Assembly: GCA_964629785.1 (NCBI GenBank)
Contig: CAZVRU010000003.1
Span: forward strand, 2,740-66,739
DNA length: 64,000 bases
DNA from: an uncultured Planctomycetia bacterium
GTDB taxonomy: Bacteria > Omnitrophota > Gorgyraeia > Duberdicusellales > 4484-171
Direction: 5' to 3'
Both the position numbers and the translations under genes were made by a program. Shown one piece after another: positions 37,386-47,006 of this stretch. The first letter of the stretch is position 1. Every line of letters begins with the position of its first letter. The notes beneath the pieces were generated by a model. The model made no database searches. It saw only the letters and a list, made by a program, of their open reading frames with translations, and was not told the DNA's origin.

Positions 37386-38012
37386 TCAATTTGTTAATAA
37401 TTCCTTAAATTTTTCCTCACACATATTTAAAAAAGATCGGATCTCTACATCGTTAATTGCAAAAGCCATAGTTTTAAAATGATCAAATTTTTTCTTTATA
37501 ACTTCTATACTAGCATCCGGGCTACATCTCAGCATATCCGTAAAGTCATAAGTTGATGCATCTTCAAGCGATTTTTTTTCTTTATAGATATGATATATTT
37601 TTTCTTTATGTACCCCTTTGATAAAACGCTGCGCCTGATGTTTTGGCAATTCAAGCGAAATAGGTTTTTGAATTTTCAACCCTTTCGCAATACGCGCTTG
37701 ATTGTCAGAAAACCACTTTATGCCCTCAGGGGCAAACTGCCATCCTTCGCTTTCACCACCACCTTTATCTTTTCCCGCTCTGCCTTCGACAAGTTTTTGT
37801 TTTTTTGCTGTTTCGAGTGCATATCGGACAGCGGTTTTATCTGGAAATTTACGTTTCCGAAATTCCGGCAAACTCCAACAAAAACGCTCCTCTGAAAAAT
37901 TATATGCTTCCCATGCAATAAGTTCAGTATGGATTTTTCTAGAAACCCCTCCCAGTTTATGTAATGAATACAACACGATATCAACATTTGACAATTCTCT
38001 TCCTGCGCTCAT
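37386..38012 (-). CDS. hypothetical protein, possible N-terminal winged helix (208 aa)
   Basis: Stop lies 11 bp upstream of the GHKL start. No clear motif. Confidence 0.5.
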   Translation of the reverse strand: MSAGRELSNVDIVLYSLHKLGGVSRKIHTELIAWEAYNFSEERFCWSLPEFRKRKFPDKTAVRYALETAKKQKLVEGRAGKDKGGGESEGWQFAPEGIKWFSDNQARIAKGLKIQKPISLELPKHQAQRFIKGVHKEKIYHIYKEKKSLEDASTYDFTDMLRCSPDASIEVIKKKFDHFKTMAFAINDVEIRSFLNMCEEKFKELLTN

Positions 38013-38023
38013 TTTTTCCTCCT

Positions 38024-38260
38024 TTATAAACTGAATTTATTTAATTTGGATTTAGCTGTAAAAAGAACCTTGACTCTTCTTATTTCAGAATCGATCGCGG
38101 AAAATATTTTGGATATGTCCTCGCTGGAATAACTATATATTCCTTGATTAGAACAATTGCCTAATTTTCGAAGGTCATCCAATATATTTTCAGTTCTTTT
38201 AGATGCAATCCTTTTAAATCTCTGCTCTTTGCTCTCGCCTGACACCTTGGGTTTAGCCAT
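38024..38260 (-). CDS. small basic hypothetical protein (78 aa), first gene of the GHKL operon
   Basis: AAGGAGG RBS before the ATG at 38260. Stop lies 12 bp upstream of the next start. Confidence 0.5.
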   Translation of the reverse strand: MAKPKVSGESKEQRFKRIASKRTENILDDLRKLGNCSNQGIYSYSSEDISKIFSAIDSEIRRVKVLFTAKSKLNKFSL

Positions 38261-38307
38261 TTATTTACCTCCTTAAGCTGCATATATTTTAAGAATATTA
38301 CAATAAT

Positions 38308-38348
38308 ATGCTATACTAATAATAAATATTTGTCAATAGAATTGACAA
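38308..38348 (-). promoter_or_regulatory. putative sigma70-type promoter overlapped by a palindrome
   Basis: Minus strand TTGACA (38336-38331)-N17-TAGCAT (38313-38308). The -35 lies inside the palindrome TTGTCAAT-AGA-ATTGACAA (38330-38348). Confidence 0.4.
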
Positions 38349-38709
38349 TATTTTTCATTAGATGCAAAATAAACAATCATTTTTTATCTTAAAGTGTTTA
38401 TAATTAAAAGGCTTAGGAAAATTAATAATATAAAAGCCTGGCTTTACCTTCAAAAGATAAATCGTAAGGTTGCCAAAAATTTAAAAGTTGATATATCTGA
38501 GGACGAAATATCAAAGCCGGGGGTGTTTAAATATGGGTTATTTTAGCACTAAGGGCATGACAGGGCAAGGGGTTATGAAATGTCCAAAATCCAGTGTTTT
38601 TATGCCATTATTAATATGATAAACACTGATGAAATATGCTGATTAACACTGATAAATTGTTCAAGGCCGGGATCTTTATACAATATTCCTTTTATTATAT
38701 AATGAAGGC

Positions 38710-39132
38710 ATGGATACTCTTACTCCTGAGAAACGCAGCTGGAACATGAGCCGCATACGGTCAAAAGATACCCAGCCGGAAATTATTGTCCGCCGGCTCC
38801 TTCACTCCATGGGATACAGGTTCAGACTCCACAGGAAAGACCTGCCCGGCAAACCCGATATTGTCCTGCCGAAATATAAAACAGTTATATTTGTCCACGG
38901 CTGTTTCTGGCACAGACATCCCGGTTGTAAGTATGCATATACGCCGAAAAGCCGTATCGGATTCTGGCAGAAAAAATTCGCGGAAAACGTAAGCAGAGAT
39001 AAAAAAAAGAAAACTGATCTTAAGAAGGCTGGCTGGAAAGTGCTTATTATCTGGGAATGTGAAATTTTGAAAAAAGATAAGCTGGAAGTTAAAATACAAA
39101 AAGCACTTAAGAGTTCTCCTGCAATGACTTGA
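38710..39132 (+). CDS. vsr: very short patch repair endonuclease
   Basis: MSRIRSKDTQPE...GKPDIVLPKYKTVIFVHGCFWHRH signature. Confidence 0.9.
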   Translation: MDTLTPEKRSWNMSRIRSKDTQPEIIVRRLLHSMGYRFRLHRKDLPGKPDIVLPKYKTVIFVHGCFWHRHPGCKYAYTPKSRIGFWQKKFAENVSRDKKKKTDLKKAGWKVLIIWECEILKKDKLEVKIQKALKSSPAMT

Positions 39133-40345
39133 TCTGTTGCACAAACCTTTCCAGTGTAAGAATAGCAGACCTGGTTGATGCAGGAAACTTATTCAGATTC
39201 GGTTCAGGGACAACAAGTTTAAGCCTGCTGGCAGCCATTTCATCCAACTGGTTTCCAGAAACTCCTTCCTGAAGGGTAAAAAGGTGTTTATCTTTTATTC
39301 TGTTTGCTTCGCTCAAAACCTGTCTCCATCTATCCTTACAAGTAGTTTTAGCAGCTAACATTGCCAGCTTCCTGGCAGAATAGCTGCTGTCCCTGTATTT
39401 TTTAATTGATGGGAAAATAAAATCCGGTCTCTTATGGTTCTCCGTTATTTTATTTGATTCGAAATGAAGAGAGCTGCCTTTAAAAATCGAGCTTAAATTA
39501 AGCTCCAGTGACCTGCCAGTCCTTGTTTTCCTTCTGTTAGCAATACTGAGAGCAATACTTAAAAAATCATCAACTCTTTTAAATCCTTTTTTTATCATGG
39601 GGAGGACATGCTGGCGCTCAATCTCTTCAAAAAGTTTGAATTCCATTTCTCGACGCTTGAGCAATAATAAATCCAGAGATCCGGTCCATGAAGCCATTGG
39701 AATATTTTTTTCAACAGTATAAACAATATCCTCGCCGGTTGGAAAATGATGCAACCAGTCTTTTTTTATAAGCTTCGCAATATCCGGATCTGCTTTTGAT
39801 GTAAAAACGCTGTGAAAATAATCTCTACCATAGCAATTACCCGGGATAATTTCATCCCCCAGCCAATCCTGGATAATTTCTTCTTCTTCAGCAGAGGTGG
39901 TCACCCATACGATTCCATATAAGTAAGAACCAATTTTTTTGAAGCCAAGCAGAGCTATTGCACCAGTGCTCTCTGAATTCTGGAGTAAACTCCCCCCCAA
40001 ACGGGTGATGCGGAATTCATCGTATTTTTTGCTCAAGCCTCTTTCAGGAAAATGCTTGTTATTATAATATATCGCCCGCGAAGGCCGAGATGAAACTTTA
40101 TCCTGATTGCAATATAATATCTCACGAATTTCAATATCGGGATTGTATTTCCTGGTAGTGCATATCTGAGGAAATGCATCTTCTGCGAACCACCTGGGGA
40201 TATAAAGTCCTACCTGGTGTCCTCCGGTTAATCCTGTATCATTGCCGGAAAGACGCTTGACTAACCAGATCCATTTTTCAGTCTGAAGTTTTTCAAGTAA
40301 GGCAGGCAGAGATATTGAAGCATATGGATCATACCACTTCCGCAT
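39107..40345 (-). CDS. EcoRII-like type IIE restriction endonuclease
   Basis: N-terminal effector domain KRLSGNDTGLTGGHQVGLYIPR and an EcoRII-C-like region with RPDFIFPS. Overlaps dcm by 17 nt. Confidence 0.75.
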   Translation of the reverse strand: MRKWYDPYASISLPALLEKLQTEKWIWLVKRLSGNDTGLTGGHQVGLYIPRWFAEDAFPQICTTRKYNPDIEIREILYCNQDKVSSRPSRAIYYNNKHFPERGLSKKYDEFRITRLGGSLLQNSESTGAIALLGFKKIGSYLYGIVWVTTSAEEEEIIQDWLGDEIIPGNCYGRDYFHSVFTSKADPDIAKLIKKDWLHHFPTGEDIVYTVEKNIPMASWTGSLDLLLLKRREMEFKLFEEIERQHVLPMIKKGFKRVDDFLSIALSIANRRKTRTGRSLELNLSSIFKGSSLHFESNKITENHKRPDFIFPSIKKYRDSSYSARKLAMLAAKTTCKDRWRQVLSEANRIKDKHLFTLQEGVSGNQLDEMAASRLKLVVPEPNLNKFPASTRSAILTLERFVQQIKSLQENS

Positions 40346-41588
40346 ATAACCCCTTTATCTTTTTTGCAATCTCGCGTGCAGTATCCTTAATCGCCGGCAC
40401 AACAACACTGTTACCAATCTGTCTGTATGCCTGGGTATCTGATACAGGAAAACGGAATTTTCCGGGATCGAAGCCCTGAAGTTGCATCGCCTCTATGACT
40501 GTGAGTCTGCGCGGGCGTTTACCTCTCTGCTCGATAAGGATTTCAGCGCCGTCCTTATGGTACCTTGCGGAAATTGTCCTCGTAACTGTACCGATCTTTA
40601 AAGGCATTTTAATAAGACCGTACCCAAAACCATTGCCTTCAGTGGCATGATGCTTCCTGTGTCTTTCCAGCGTATCCCACGTACCCGCCCCCAGAGTATA
40701 TTTAATATCAACCTTTTTCTGTAGTATATCTTTCAATTCCGGGTATTTATAACCATTACCCGGCTTTAAAGGTATTTTAATATCTTCTTTTGCTATTTTT
40801 ATTTTTTCCGGATCATAGCCTACTATAAAAATCCTTTCACGATTCTGGGGAACCCAGTTTGAACCATTTACAATTTTTTTATCTATAATATATCCCAGTT
40901 CATCCTCCAGCGAAGCTCTTATGACTTCAAATGTTTTCTTACCATCATGATTTAAAAGATTCTTTACATTTTCCAGGAAAAAGGCAACAGGTCGTTTTAT
41001 CTTCAAAATACGTTTTATGTCAAAAAACAAAGTGCCCTGGGTCGGATCAGCAAATCCATGTTTCCTTCCCAGAGAATTTTTCTTGGAAACCCCTGCCAGT
41101 GAAAAAGGCTGACAGGGGAAACCAGCTGCGAGGACATCATGATCAGGTATAATTTCATTCAACTGGCCATCTGAAATATGTTCACCGGTAAACTGCTTGA
41201 TATCGCCAAAGGGTACTTCCCCAAAGTTAGTTTCATAGGTTTTCTTCGCGTATTCATTCCATTCCGAAGAAAAGACGCACTTTCCTCCACATTCCTGAAA
41301 TGCAAGACGGAATCCTCCTATGCCAGCAAACAAGTCAATGAATGTAAACTTAGGATTTTTCGGAGGAGGGTAGGGAATATTCCACCTTATCTGATAATCA
41401 TGATACTTCTTCAAAACAGAAGGAGAAACTCCGTTTTCATATGGATTTTTTCTGCCATTCCTGTTTTGAAGATAATGCGTTATATATGCAGCTTCGTTAT
41501 CTCCATTGCTTTGCAGAATTTCCTCTCTTATATCTGTATACTTTGTCGGCTTCAACTTTTCCTCCGGAATATGGTATCTATATAACAT
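40329..41588 (-). CDS. dcm: DNA (cytosine-5)-methyltransferase
   Basis: Motifs DLFAGIGG, GFPCQPFS, ENV and QIGNSV. GGAGG RBS. Confidence 0.9.
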   Translation of the reverse strand: MLYRYHIPEEKLKPTKYTDIREEILQSNGDNEAAYITHYLQNRNGRKNPYENGVSPSVLKKYHDYQIRWNIPYPPPKNPKFTFIDLFAGIGGFRLAFQECGGKCVFSSEWNEYAKKTYETNFGEVPFGDIKQFTGEHISDGQLNEIIPDHDVLAAGFPCQPFSLAGVSKKNSLGRKHGFADPTQGTLFFDIKRILKIKRPVAFFLENVKNLLNHDGKKTFEVIRASLEDELGYIIDKKIVNGSNWVPQNRERIFIVGYDPEKIKIAKEDIKIPLKPGNGYKYPELKDILQKKVDIKYTLGAGTWDTLERHRKHHATEGNGFGYGLIKMPLKIGTVTRTISARYHKDGAEILIEQRGKRPRRLTVIEAMQLQGFDPGKFRFPVSDTQAYRQIGNSVVVPAIKDTAREIAKKIKGLYAEVV

Positions 41589-41796
41589 AAAAACCTCCGC
41601 TTTTGGCGAAGGTTTTACTTTTTTCTACGTGGAGGTTCCCCCTTCGAACACACCACCTATTATTAATTGCATATATAATTTTAGTCTTTATCTCTAATCC
41701 CGTCAAGACGAAAATATCTAATAAAATATACGCGTTTCTTAAATTTTTGCTGTCCTATTTACCTGCTCCCTGTCCGAACTTTTTACTTTTGCCTTT

Positions 41797-42198
41797 TTAC
41801 TTTTCACTTGCGCTTGCGGAGGCAAGCGCCTCCTCTACCGCCTTCATCAATGCTTTTGAGGTGACTGTGGCTCCGGTTATGGCATCGACTTTGGGGGATT
41901 GTTTTTCCAGCATCCTGGCAACCACTCCCAGGCCTTTCTGAGCATACTGATTACAGGTACCGTTTTCCAGGACTTCGATGTTTTTGATCTTTGCTGACTC
42001 AACTGTTACTTTTACCCTGTACATATACTGCATAAAAGGCACTTCTCCGATGTATTCTCCGTCAGGCACGGAAGAAAGATCGACATCAGATATTTCCATG
42101 TTCATTATACTTTTAACGTCATTTGTCGGGGCGGCTGCTTTAAGAGAAAAGTTTCCCAGAACAAGTAAACCGGTTAATAAGATTACGATTATTCTCAT
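41797..42198 (-). CDS. secreted FMN-binding domain protein
   Basis: DAITGATVTS FMN_bind motif. Signal peptide from the ATG at 42198, which is preceded by AGGAGG. Confidence 0.7.
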   Translation of the reverse strand: MRIIVILLTGLLVLGNFSLKAAAPTNDVKSIMNMEISDVDLSSVPDGEYIGEVPFMQYMYRVKVTVESAKIKNIEVLENGTCNQYAQKGLGVVARMLEKQSPKVDAITGATVTSKALMKAVEEALASASASEK

Positions 42199-42380
42199 AT
42201 TCCATCCTCCTGGCAGGCCTGAAGGCCATGCCTGATTACACAGATTAGAGAGGATCACACAGATAAATGGTCTATGGTCGATAGTCAATAATAAGAGAAG
42301 AATATTCAGCACCTTCTTTGCGGCGCAGCCGCCGCGTCCTTCGTCCTAGCGAAGCGGTCGTCCCTCGTCCTACGGTTTAT

Positions 42381-42430
42381 CTCTCTACTCTCTACTTGCT
42401 ACTCTCTACTTGCTACTCTCTACTCTCTTA
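42381..42430. repeat. CTCTACT-type heptamer microsatellite (short copy)
   Basis: CTCTCTACTCTCTACTTGCTACTCTCTACTTGCTACTCTCTACTCTC. Overlaps the last codons of the radical SAM ORF. Confidence 0.8.
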
Positions 42431-44043
42431 TTAAGCGCCATAAGCGAAGCGCGAAGAGCCAATCGGTCTTTGGCATTTTTCAAAGATCTGAAGAAAGTGC
42501 CGGATTTAAGTTTCTGGGTCCAGCCGCGCATAATGATCCAGCCGCCGAAACGGTCCAGGTCATTGCGCCAGGGACGGTACCATTTTTTCCAGCCTGCTTT
42601 GATATCATACAGATAAAAGACTATTGCCGGAAATAAAAGGATGTTGATCCCGATCTTGAACAGGTTCCTGAAGCGATAGAATGAGCTGTTGATCTTTCTG
42701 ATGCCAAGCTGCAGATCATCTGCAGTCAGGGGCGGGTCAGGTTCGAATAAAGGAAAATTTCCGTCATAGTATTTCCAGCCGATATCTTTTAAAGCATAGA
42801 TCCGGTGCTGTTCAGCCAGGCGCTGGTATAATCCTGTACCGGGCAAAGGCACAGGCAAAAGTAACTGTACTGTATCGATCCTTGCTTCCCGGATAAACCT
42901 GCGGAAACGCCTGATCCTTTCTTTTATTCCCATGTGAAAGTGCGCGTCTTTTAAGGGATAGCCGAAAATGAACATGCCGTGGACTAAAAACCCGAACTTA
43001 TTATAGATCCTGGCCAGATCGACCATGTCCCGGGCCCGGATATGTTTGTTCATGGCTTTTAGTTCTTCTTCTATGGGAGATTCAAAACCTATGGCTACTG
43101 TGTTTATACCGGCCTGACGCATGGCTTTTAGCAGTTTTGGGTCTTTAGCTTTATCCAGCCTGATCTGGGCAGTGAAATCAAGCCGTTTCCTGACCTGTCT
43201 CTGGTAATCTTTTAACATGGCACAGAGCCTTAAGTCCTCTTCCCCTCTTTGTCCGAAAAGATCATCGACAATAAAAAAATGGCGGGCATCTCTTTTTTCC
43301 AGAAGCTGTTTTACGCATTCGACCAGGCGTTCGGGAGAAGCGCAGCGCGGCTTGCCTTTTACTGTGCAGAACTCGCAGTCCATGCCGCAGCCGCGGACCC
43401 GGCCGATAGGGTAAAGCTTAATTTTAGCATAGCGCAAAAGAGAAAAATCAGGCACAGGCAGTTTGGCAAAATCCGTGAGCAGGTCCCGGGCAGGGGTAAA
43501 TACTGTTTTTTCTTTTTGTTTAAAGGCCAGGCCTGCTACTTCCTCTATCCGGCCCTGTCCTGCCAAAGCTGTGAGAAGTTCTTTGATCGTCTCTTCTCCT
43601 TCACCCAGGACCAGGTAATCGATATCTGAATTCAAGGCCTCGGCAATGTTCTCAGCCACAAAATGCTGTCCTCCGGCAAGGGTAGTAACCCCTTTATCCT
43701 TATAAAACTTAGCCAGCTCATAGACCCGGGGAATGGTCGAGCTTAATCCGCCGTAAAAACCAACTACATCAGCAGGCCTTTCCTTTTGCAGGAATTCATG
43801 GTCTGCTCCGCCGGCAGGGTCTTTGGGGCCGTAAAGGCGGAGATTGTTCTCATCGATCACTTCCACATCCCAGCCTTCCAGTTCATTGGCAGATGAGGCC
43901 ACGCATACAGGGCCTAAAGCTGTAGTCAGGCAGGCGACATGGCTGTAGATATTAAAGGCAGGGTAAGCGGGAATGATGATGCGTAATAGATGCCGCTTCG
44001 CGGCAGGGTTTAGCGGATAGCGTTTAGCGTTTAGAGATGACAT
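42406..44043 (-). CDS. B12-binding domain radical SAM protein
   Basis: CGMDCEFC (CX3CX2C) after an N-terminal cobalamin-binding-like Rossmann segment. Confidence 0.75.
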   Translation of the reverse strand: MSSLNAKRYPLNPAAKRHLLRIIIPAYPAFNIYSHVACLTTALGPVCVASSANELEGWDVEVIDENNLRLYGPKDPAGGADHEFLQKERPADVVGFYGGLSSTIPRVYELAKFYKDKGVTTLAGGQHFVAENIAEALNSDIDYLVLGEGEETIKELLTALAGQGRIEEVAGLAFKQKEKTVFTPARDLLTDFAKLPVPDFSLLRYAKIKLYPIGRVRGCGMDCEFCTVKGKPRCASPERLVECVKQLLEKRDARHFFIVDDLFGQRGEEDLRLCAMLKDYQRQVRKRLDFTAQIRLDKAKDPKLLKAMRQAGINTVAIGFESPIEEELKAMNKHIRARDMVDLARIYNKFGFLVHGMFIFGYPLKDAHFHMGIKERIRRFRRFIREARIDTVQLLLPVPLPGTGLYQRLAEQHRIYALKDIGWKYYDGNFPLFEPDPPLTADDLQLGIRKINSSFYRFRNLFKIGINILLFPAIVFYLYDIKAGWKKWYRPWRNDLDRFGGWIIMRGWTQKLKSGTFFRSLKNAKDRLALRASLMALNKRVESSK

Positions 44044-44260
44044 AATTGATACCTTCGGCCGACCACAGACGACGGACCACAGACCACAGTAAGAACTAAG
44101 AGAAAAAGAGGTCAGAAGTCAGAGGCCAGATGTCAGATCTGAATAATAACTTTTTACTTGCGCGGGACGCGCGGTCCCTTTGATTTTATTGTACGCCCGG
44201 ATGGGGTTAAAGCGCAAGGATAAAAGATAAAGCCTCCCCGATTCAACCTCTGGGGTTGAA

Positions 44261-45175
44261 TCACTTCCAGGGGCCGGGCGCTTTCCAATTTGCGTTAAAT
44301 TTCTCATTTTTATTAATCGCCATGATCGGGCCGATAAGAAATCTCTCTATTGCCCCGGCTGTTTCGCTTAACTTTTCCGGCGCATGTTTGATCTCTGCCT
44401 TATTGAGAAAAGCTTTCCATAATTGCTGCCGATCTGATCTTTCATCATAAATTTCTTCAGTGAATACCGGCTTATCTTGCGGCAAGGAAGTTCTGCGCTG
44501 TTTAAAAGTCCGCTTTAAAGCTTCGCCAAGTTTTAACCCGTTAAAATCAAACCGGCGCATCATAAGCCAGATATCGTAAAAATCTTTCATCCGGCTGTTT
44601 AAAGACCCTGATTTTATCATTGCCTCGAATTTTTCACTGACAATGCTCTCAGCAGGATAACTTTTAAGTTTGGGCTTTGGGAGATCTAAGATCACAGGGT
44701 ATTCGATCATTTCCGGTTTTGGGTAAATAATATCTCCAAAGCCTATATCGATCTGCATAGTGATCCGGGAGCGTTCAAGCAAACCGATAAATTTCACTCT
44801 TACTCCTTCATAATCAGCATCTTCTTTTATCCGCTGCCCTTTCACATTCTTTGGATCGAAAACAAGGCCGTCAGGAACAACTTCGATTTTACAGATATCC
44901 TTTATCATCTTCTCAATACTGAATATCTTATTATCATATTTTGCCAGGAAGTCTATATCCAGGGTCGTTCTTCTTTCCGGCACCTGCCATACCATGAACA
45001 TCAAAGCTCCCTTAAGGATAAATTTATCCGAGTATTCAGACTGGCTGATACGATAAAGAAATCTTTCCATGCCATAATATTGAAGTATCTCGGAAAATGG
45101 ACGTCCCTCTTCTTTAGCTTTATTCTGTAACCTGGCTCTTATCGAAGCTTTTAATTTTTTAATATCTTTTTTCAT
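44261..45175 (-). CDS. abiEii: AbiEii/AbiGii nucleotidyltransferase toxin (type IV TA)
   Basis: Family-typical N-terminus (RLQNKAKEEGRPFSEILQYYGMERFLYRIS...ILKGALMF). Sits next to AbiEi. Confidence 0.8.
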   Translation of the reverse strand: MKKDIKKLKASIRARLQNKAKEEGRPFSEILQYYGMERFLYRISQSEYSDKFILKGALMFMVWQVPERRTTLDIDFLAKYDNKIFSIEKMIKDICKIEVVPDGLVFDPKNVKGQRIKEDADYEGVRVKFIGLLERSRITMQIDIGFGDIIYPKPEMIEYPVILDLPKPKLKSYPAESIVSEKFEAMIKSGSLNSRMKDFYDIWLMMRRFDFNGLKLGEALKRTFKQRRTSLPQDKPVFTEEIYDERSDRQQLWKAFLNKAEIKHAPEKLSETAGAIERFLIGPIMAINKNEKFNANWKAPGPWK

Positions 45176-45225
45176 CCTTAGACTCTATCCTCCACCAGGA
45201 ATAATCCTGCACTTAGTCAAACAGG

Positions 45226-45828
45226 CTATATCAGAGCTTCCAATATGGGTTTCACAATGCTGCTGACCCGGCAGATCCTGGCATATTTCATGATCTCTTT
45301 AGGATCTGTCTTTTTCTCTGTAATCCCGGACTTAAGTGCTTCTCTGGCGATATTGACTCCTATACGATTGCGGAATTTAAAGCAATCCGCAATAGTTTTA
45401 GCCGGATTATAAATTCTGATCTTATATCCCTCTATTTTATATTCCTGGATCCCTGCTCTCCATGCCTCAGGCGCAAAGCGGTAAAACTTTACCGGTGGAT
45501 ATTTAATTCTGTTAGCACGTGTGCTTTGCGGAATTGCTATATCCACATGTCCCGGGATCTCGCTTGTTATTTCATAAAAAGAAAGCGCGGAAATAAGACA
45601 AATAACTCCTTTAGGAGCCTGAAGCGCTGCAAGAACAAGATCCGGATGAGGATCAGGCTTATAATCAGAAAGGCGATAAAGACCCCTGGCAATTTTTTCG
45701 ACTTTCCCTGCTTTTTTGATAGCAGCAAGAAGATCGGGATGAAACCCGGCCTTAAGAATATCGGAAAAACGAAGAATTCCACCATGCTTTTTAAAATAAT
45801 ATATCAGCTCCCGGGTTCTTTTGTTCAT
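45226..45828 (-). CDS. abiEi: AbiEi antitoxin / transcriptional repressor
   Basis: N-terminal wHTH (GGILRFSDILKAG...IARGLYRL) and a COG5340-like C-terminus. Confidence 0.8.
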   Translation of the reverse strand: MNKRTRELIYYFKKHGGILRFSDILKAGFHPDLLAAIKKAGKVEKIARGLYRLSDYKPDPHPDLVLAALQAPKGVICLISALSFYEITSEIPGHVDIAIPQSTRANRIKYPPVKFYRFAPEAWRAGIQEYKIEGYKIRIYNPAKTIADCFKFRNRIGVNIAREALKSGITEKKTDPKEIMKYARICRVSSIVKPILEALI

Positions 45829-45850
45829 AACAACCTCCGTATAATATGTC

Positions 45851-45870
45851 TATACTTATTAATAAGTATA
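45851..45870. promoter_or_regulatory. perfect 20-bp palindrome upstream of abiEi (candidate operator)
   Basis: TATACTTATTAATAAGTATA lies 23 bp upstream of the abiEi ATG. A second palindrome ATTACATA-T-TATGTAAT is at 45928-45944. Confidence 0.55.
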
Positions 45871-46272
45871 TACAATTTATACGCAAATGTCAATATCTTC
45901 ACGAAATAAAGTTCTATAAGCCTGATTATTACATATTATGTAATATTTGTGCAGTGAACCAGGGAGTTAGGATTAACCTCGCCTTGCCGTCGAGGCAGGT
46001 TACGATGCCCGTATCGTCCCAAGGCTACGGTTACGTCTAAATAAAGTCGACAAGTCAGATGGCGACATGGCGACAAGTATTTATTTTATTTCAAAATGAT
46101 GAACACTGATGCCGCGCTGATCACATAAATTGCTTATTTTTATTATATCACCAAATATACACAAATAGGTTTGTGTCTCATATTTGCCATTTTTTGAGGC
46201 ACAAATAAACAGGGGCCGGCCCCGATGCTTCGTCCGGGGCAGGTCGGCCGTTGACTATCGACTGTTTTAACC

Positions 46273-46854
46273 TTAATCCTTGCGCGCGAAGCGCGACAGA
46301 TAGGTATACCCCATATCCAGACAGCTCATTTTTTTAAAGCCATAAGGCAATAAGGCCTGTTCCAGATCCTGTTCGGAAAGGCGCATGTGCATGGGCGGGC
46401 CGAACGGGGTTTGTTCTTTTTTGATCTCTATTACTGCCAGAACACCTTCCGGTTTCAGGATACGTTCTATCTCTTTGAACAGAGCCGGGCCGGTCTTTTT
46501 AAGATCGAAAATATGAAGCACAGTAGCCATAAAGCAGACATCGATGCTTTTATCTTTCAGCGGTAATTGGGCAGTAATATCGGCTGCGCCGGTCTTTATA
46601 TTGTGAAGGCCCCGGGCTTCGGCTTTCTGTTTTACTTTTTCGGCTACTTCAGGCCATTTGTCCCAGGCATAGACCTTACCCTTTTCCCCTAACCTTTTAG
46701 CTGCTTCCAGGGCATAATCACCGGCGCCGCAGCCCAGATCAAGCAAAACCTGCCCGGGCTTCAAATCCAGTTCTTTGAAGATGATTTCAGGGTCATGCAG
46801 ATGCATGCTGGAGACACCCTGTTTCTGACGGTCGGAGATGTTGTCCATAGTCAA
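46273..46854 (-). CDS. class I SAM-dependent methyltransferase
   Basis: Motif I LLDLGCGAGDY. Confidence 0.75.
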   Translation of the reverse strand: MTMDNISDRQKQGVSSMHLHDPEIIFKELDLKPGQVLLDLGCGAGDYALEAAKRLGEKGKVYAWDKWPEVAEKVKQKAEARGLHNIKTGAADITAQLPLKDKSIDVCFMATVLHIFDLKKTGPALFKEIERILKPEGVLAVIEIKKEQTPFGPPMHMRLSEQDLEQALLPYGFKKMSCLDMGYTYLSRFARKD

Positions 46855-47006
46855 AAGTTATGCGTTATGAGTTACGAGTTATGAGTTAAAAAGCAGAAAT
46901 TCTGCACTTATAAGTTATCACTTATAATTTATAACTCCGCGCAGTGGCCGCGTCCTTCGTCTTAGCGACCGCAGGAAGCGGACGTCTTAGTGAACGAAGA
47001 GAACGG

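Noticed and set aside
38520-38620. A 28-codon plus-strand ORF (MGYFSTKGMTGQGVMKCPKSSVFMPLLI) in the vsr / GHKL-operon intergenic region.
   Set aside because: It has only a weak G-rich upstream patch, no terminator and no recognisable features. It cannot be distinguished from chance in AT-rich DNA.
29560-41800. An integrative element with att sites and an integrase bounding the AT-rich island.
   Set aside because: No integrase or recombinase gene, tRNA or matching flanking direct repeats could be found by eye. Mobility therefore remains unsupported.
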